Assembly: GCA_002633005.1 (NCBI GenBank) | Contig: NMRA01000029.1 | Span: forward strand, 574,956 to 638,955 | Length of the DNA stretch: 64,000 nt | Direction of reading: 5' to 3' | Source: Phoronis australis | Lineage: Eukaryota; Animalia; Phoronida | Part shown: one piece after another, positions 63,359 to 64,000 of the stretch | Layout: every line of letters begins with the position of its first letter | How positions within the stretch are numbered: the stretch's first letter is position 1 | Notes under the pieces: generated by a model | What the model was told of the DNA's origin: nothing | Database searches by the model: none | What the model saw: the letters and a program-made list of their open reading frames with translations, nothing else | Program-made: the position numbers and the translations under genes

Positions 63359-64000
63359 ACTGGAAGGCAACCTTTTTTCATGTCATTTTAGCAAAAATAA
63401 GGTTCGTTGATTATCTTAGACGTATTTTTCACTTAATTTTAGCTTTTCGCAATTTTATTAATAATTTGTCCTCTACTCCGGAAGTGATGTTTTGGGAGGC
63501 AAGAATTTCGCGACAATTTCTTTTCATATAGTCCGACTGTGAGAGCTGTCGAATCAGTCATTGTTCTACCTCGGTTGTGATAAGTTCAGTCGTCGTTTTC
63601 TTTTGTTTACGAGTCAGTCAACATGCCACACTATTGCTGCGTACCAGGATGTACTCATTATCGCCCAGAGCCTGTAAGCAGCCCTGTTGCGATGTTGAGT
63701 GGGAGTGAATACAGGCCCAGTTAGACACCGAGTTCGTTCTCCAATGAATAGATCGGTGAGCCAAACACTGATAAGTTTATTGTGGACTTGTCTAAAGTAT
63801 TGGACCTATTTAGAAGGTGCCAGGTGTATGGCGAGGGAGTCACACGGCGGGATGTTAGCACGTTGTGGGCTCAGGTAATCATCCACTGGGAGTGTGCCGT
63901 GGGACACTCGGGCAAGTGGGACAGTTGTTCCTCTGTCCATTAGACAATAATGAGTACATCCTGGCACACATCAACAATGTGACATGTTGACAGACTTGTA
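63359..64000 (+). mobile_element. Deleted Kolobok-type transposon (THAP start + CxxC/CxxGH zinc-finger relic)
   Basis: TTAA at 63355; MPHYCCVPGC at 63623; DKFIVDLSKVLDLFRRCQV...WECAVGHSGKW at 63770-63943, with stops. Confidence 0.65.

Overview
AT-rich, intron- and transposon-rich animal genomic DNA, probably a marine invertebrate (species not identifiable from sequence). The draft assembly has N gaps and uncollapsed overlaps. Three + strand spliced genes can be built by hand. (1) A 4-exon squid-type DFPase/SMP-30 six-bladed beta-propeller enzyme with a predicted signal peptide (9050-13961). (2) A 4-exon, ~1015-aa protein with an N-terminal RNF8-like C3HC4 RING and a long disordered tail carrying an RVxF motif and three YNLR motifs (28683-33940). 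(3) The main finding: one gene of at least 17 exons (38525 to beyond 63320) encoding at least 1742 aa with four tandem type-B carboxylesterase domains. Domain 1 has lost its catalytic residues, domains 2 and 3 have intact Ser-Asp-His triads, and domain 4 is cut off by the window end. The domains are joined by Cys+Pro linkers, two of which lie inside single stop-free exons. Intergenic and intronic DNA holds MULE-, Kolobok-, hAT-, Academ- and Helentron-like elements, a probable solo LTR, a LINE fragment and minisatellites. All exon models and family assignments come from manual reading and recalled motifs, not database searches.
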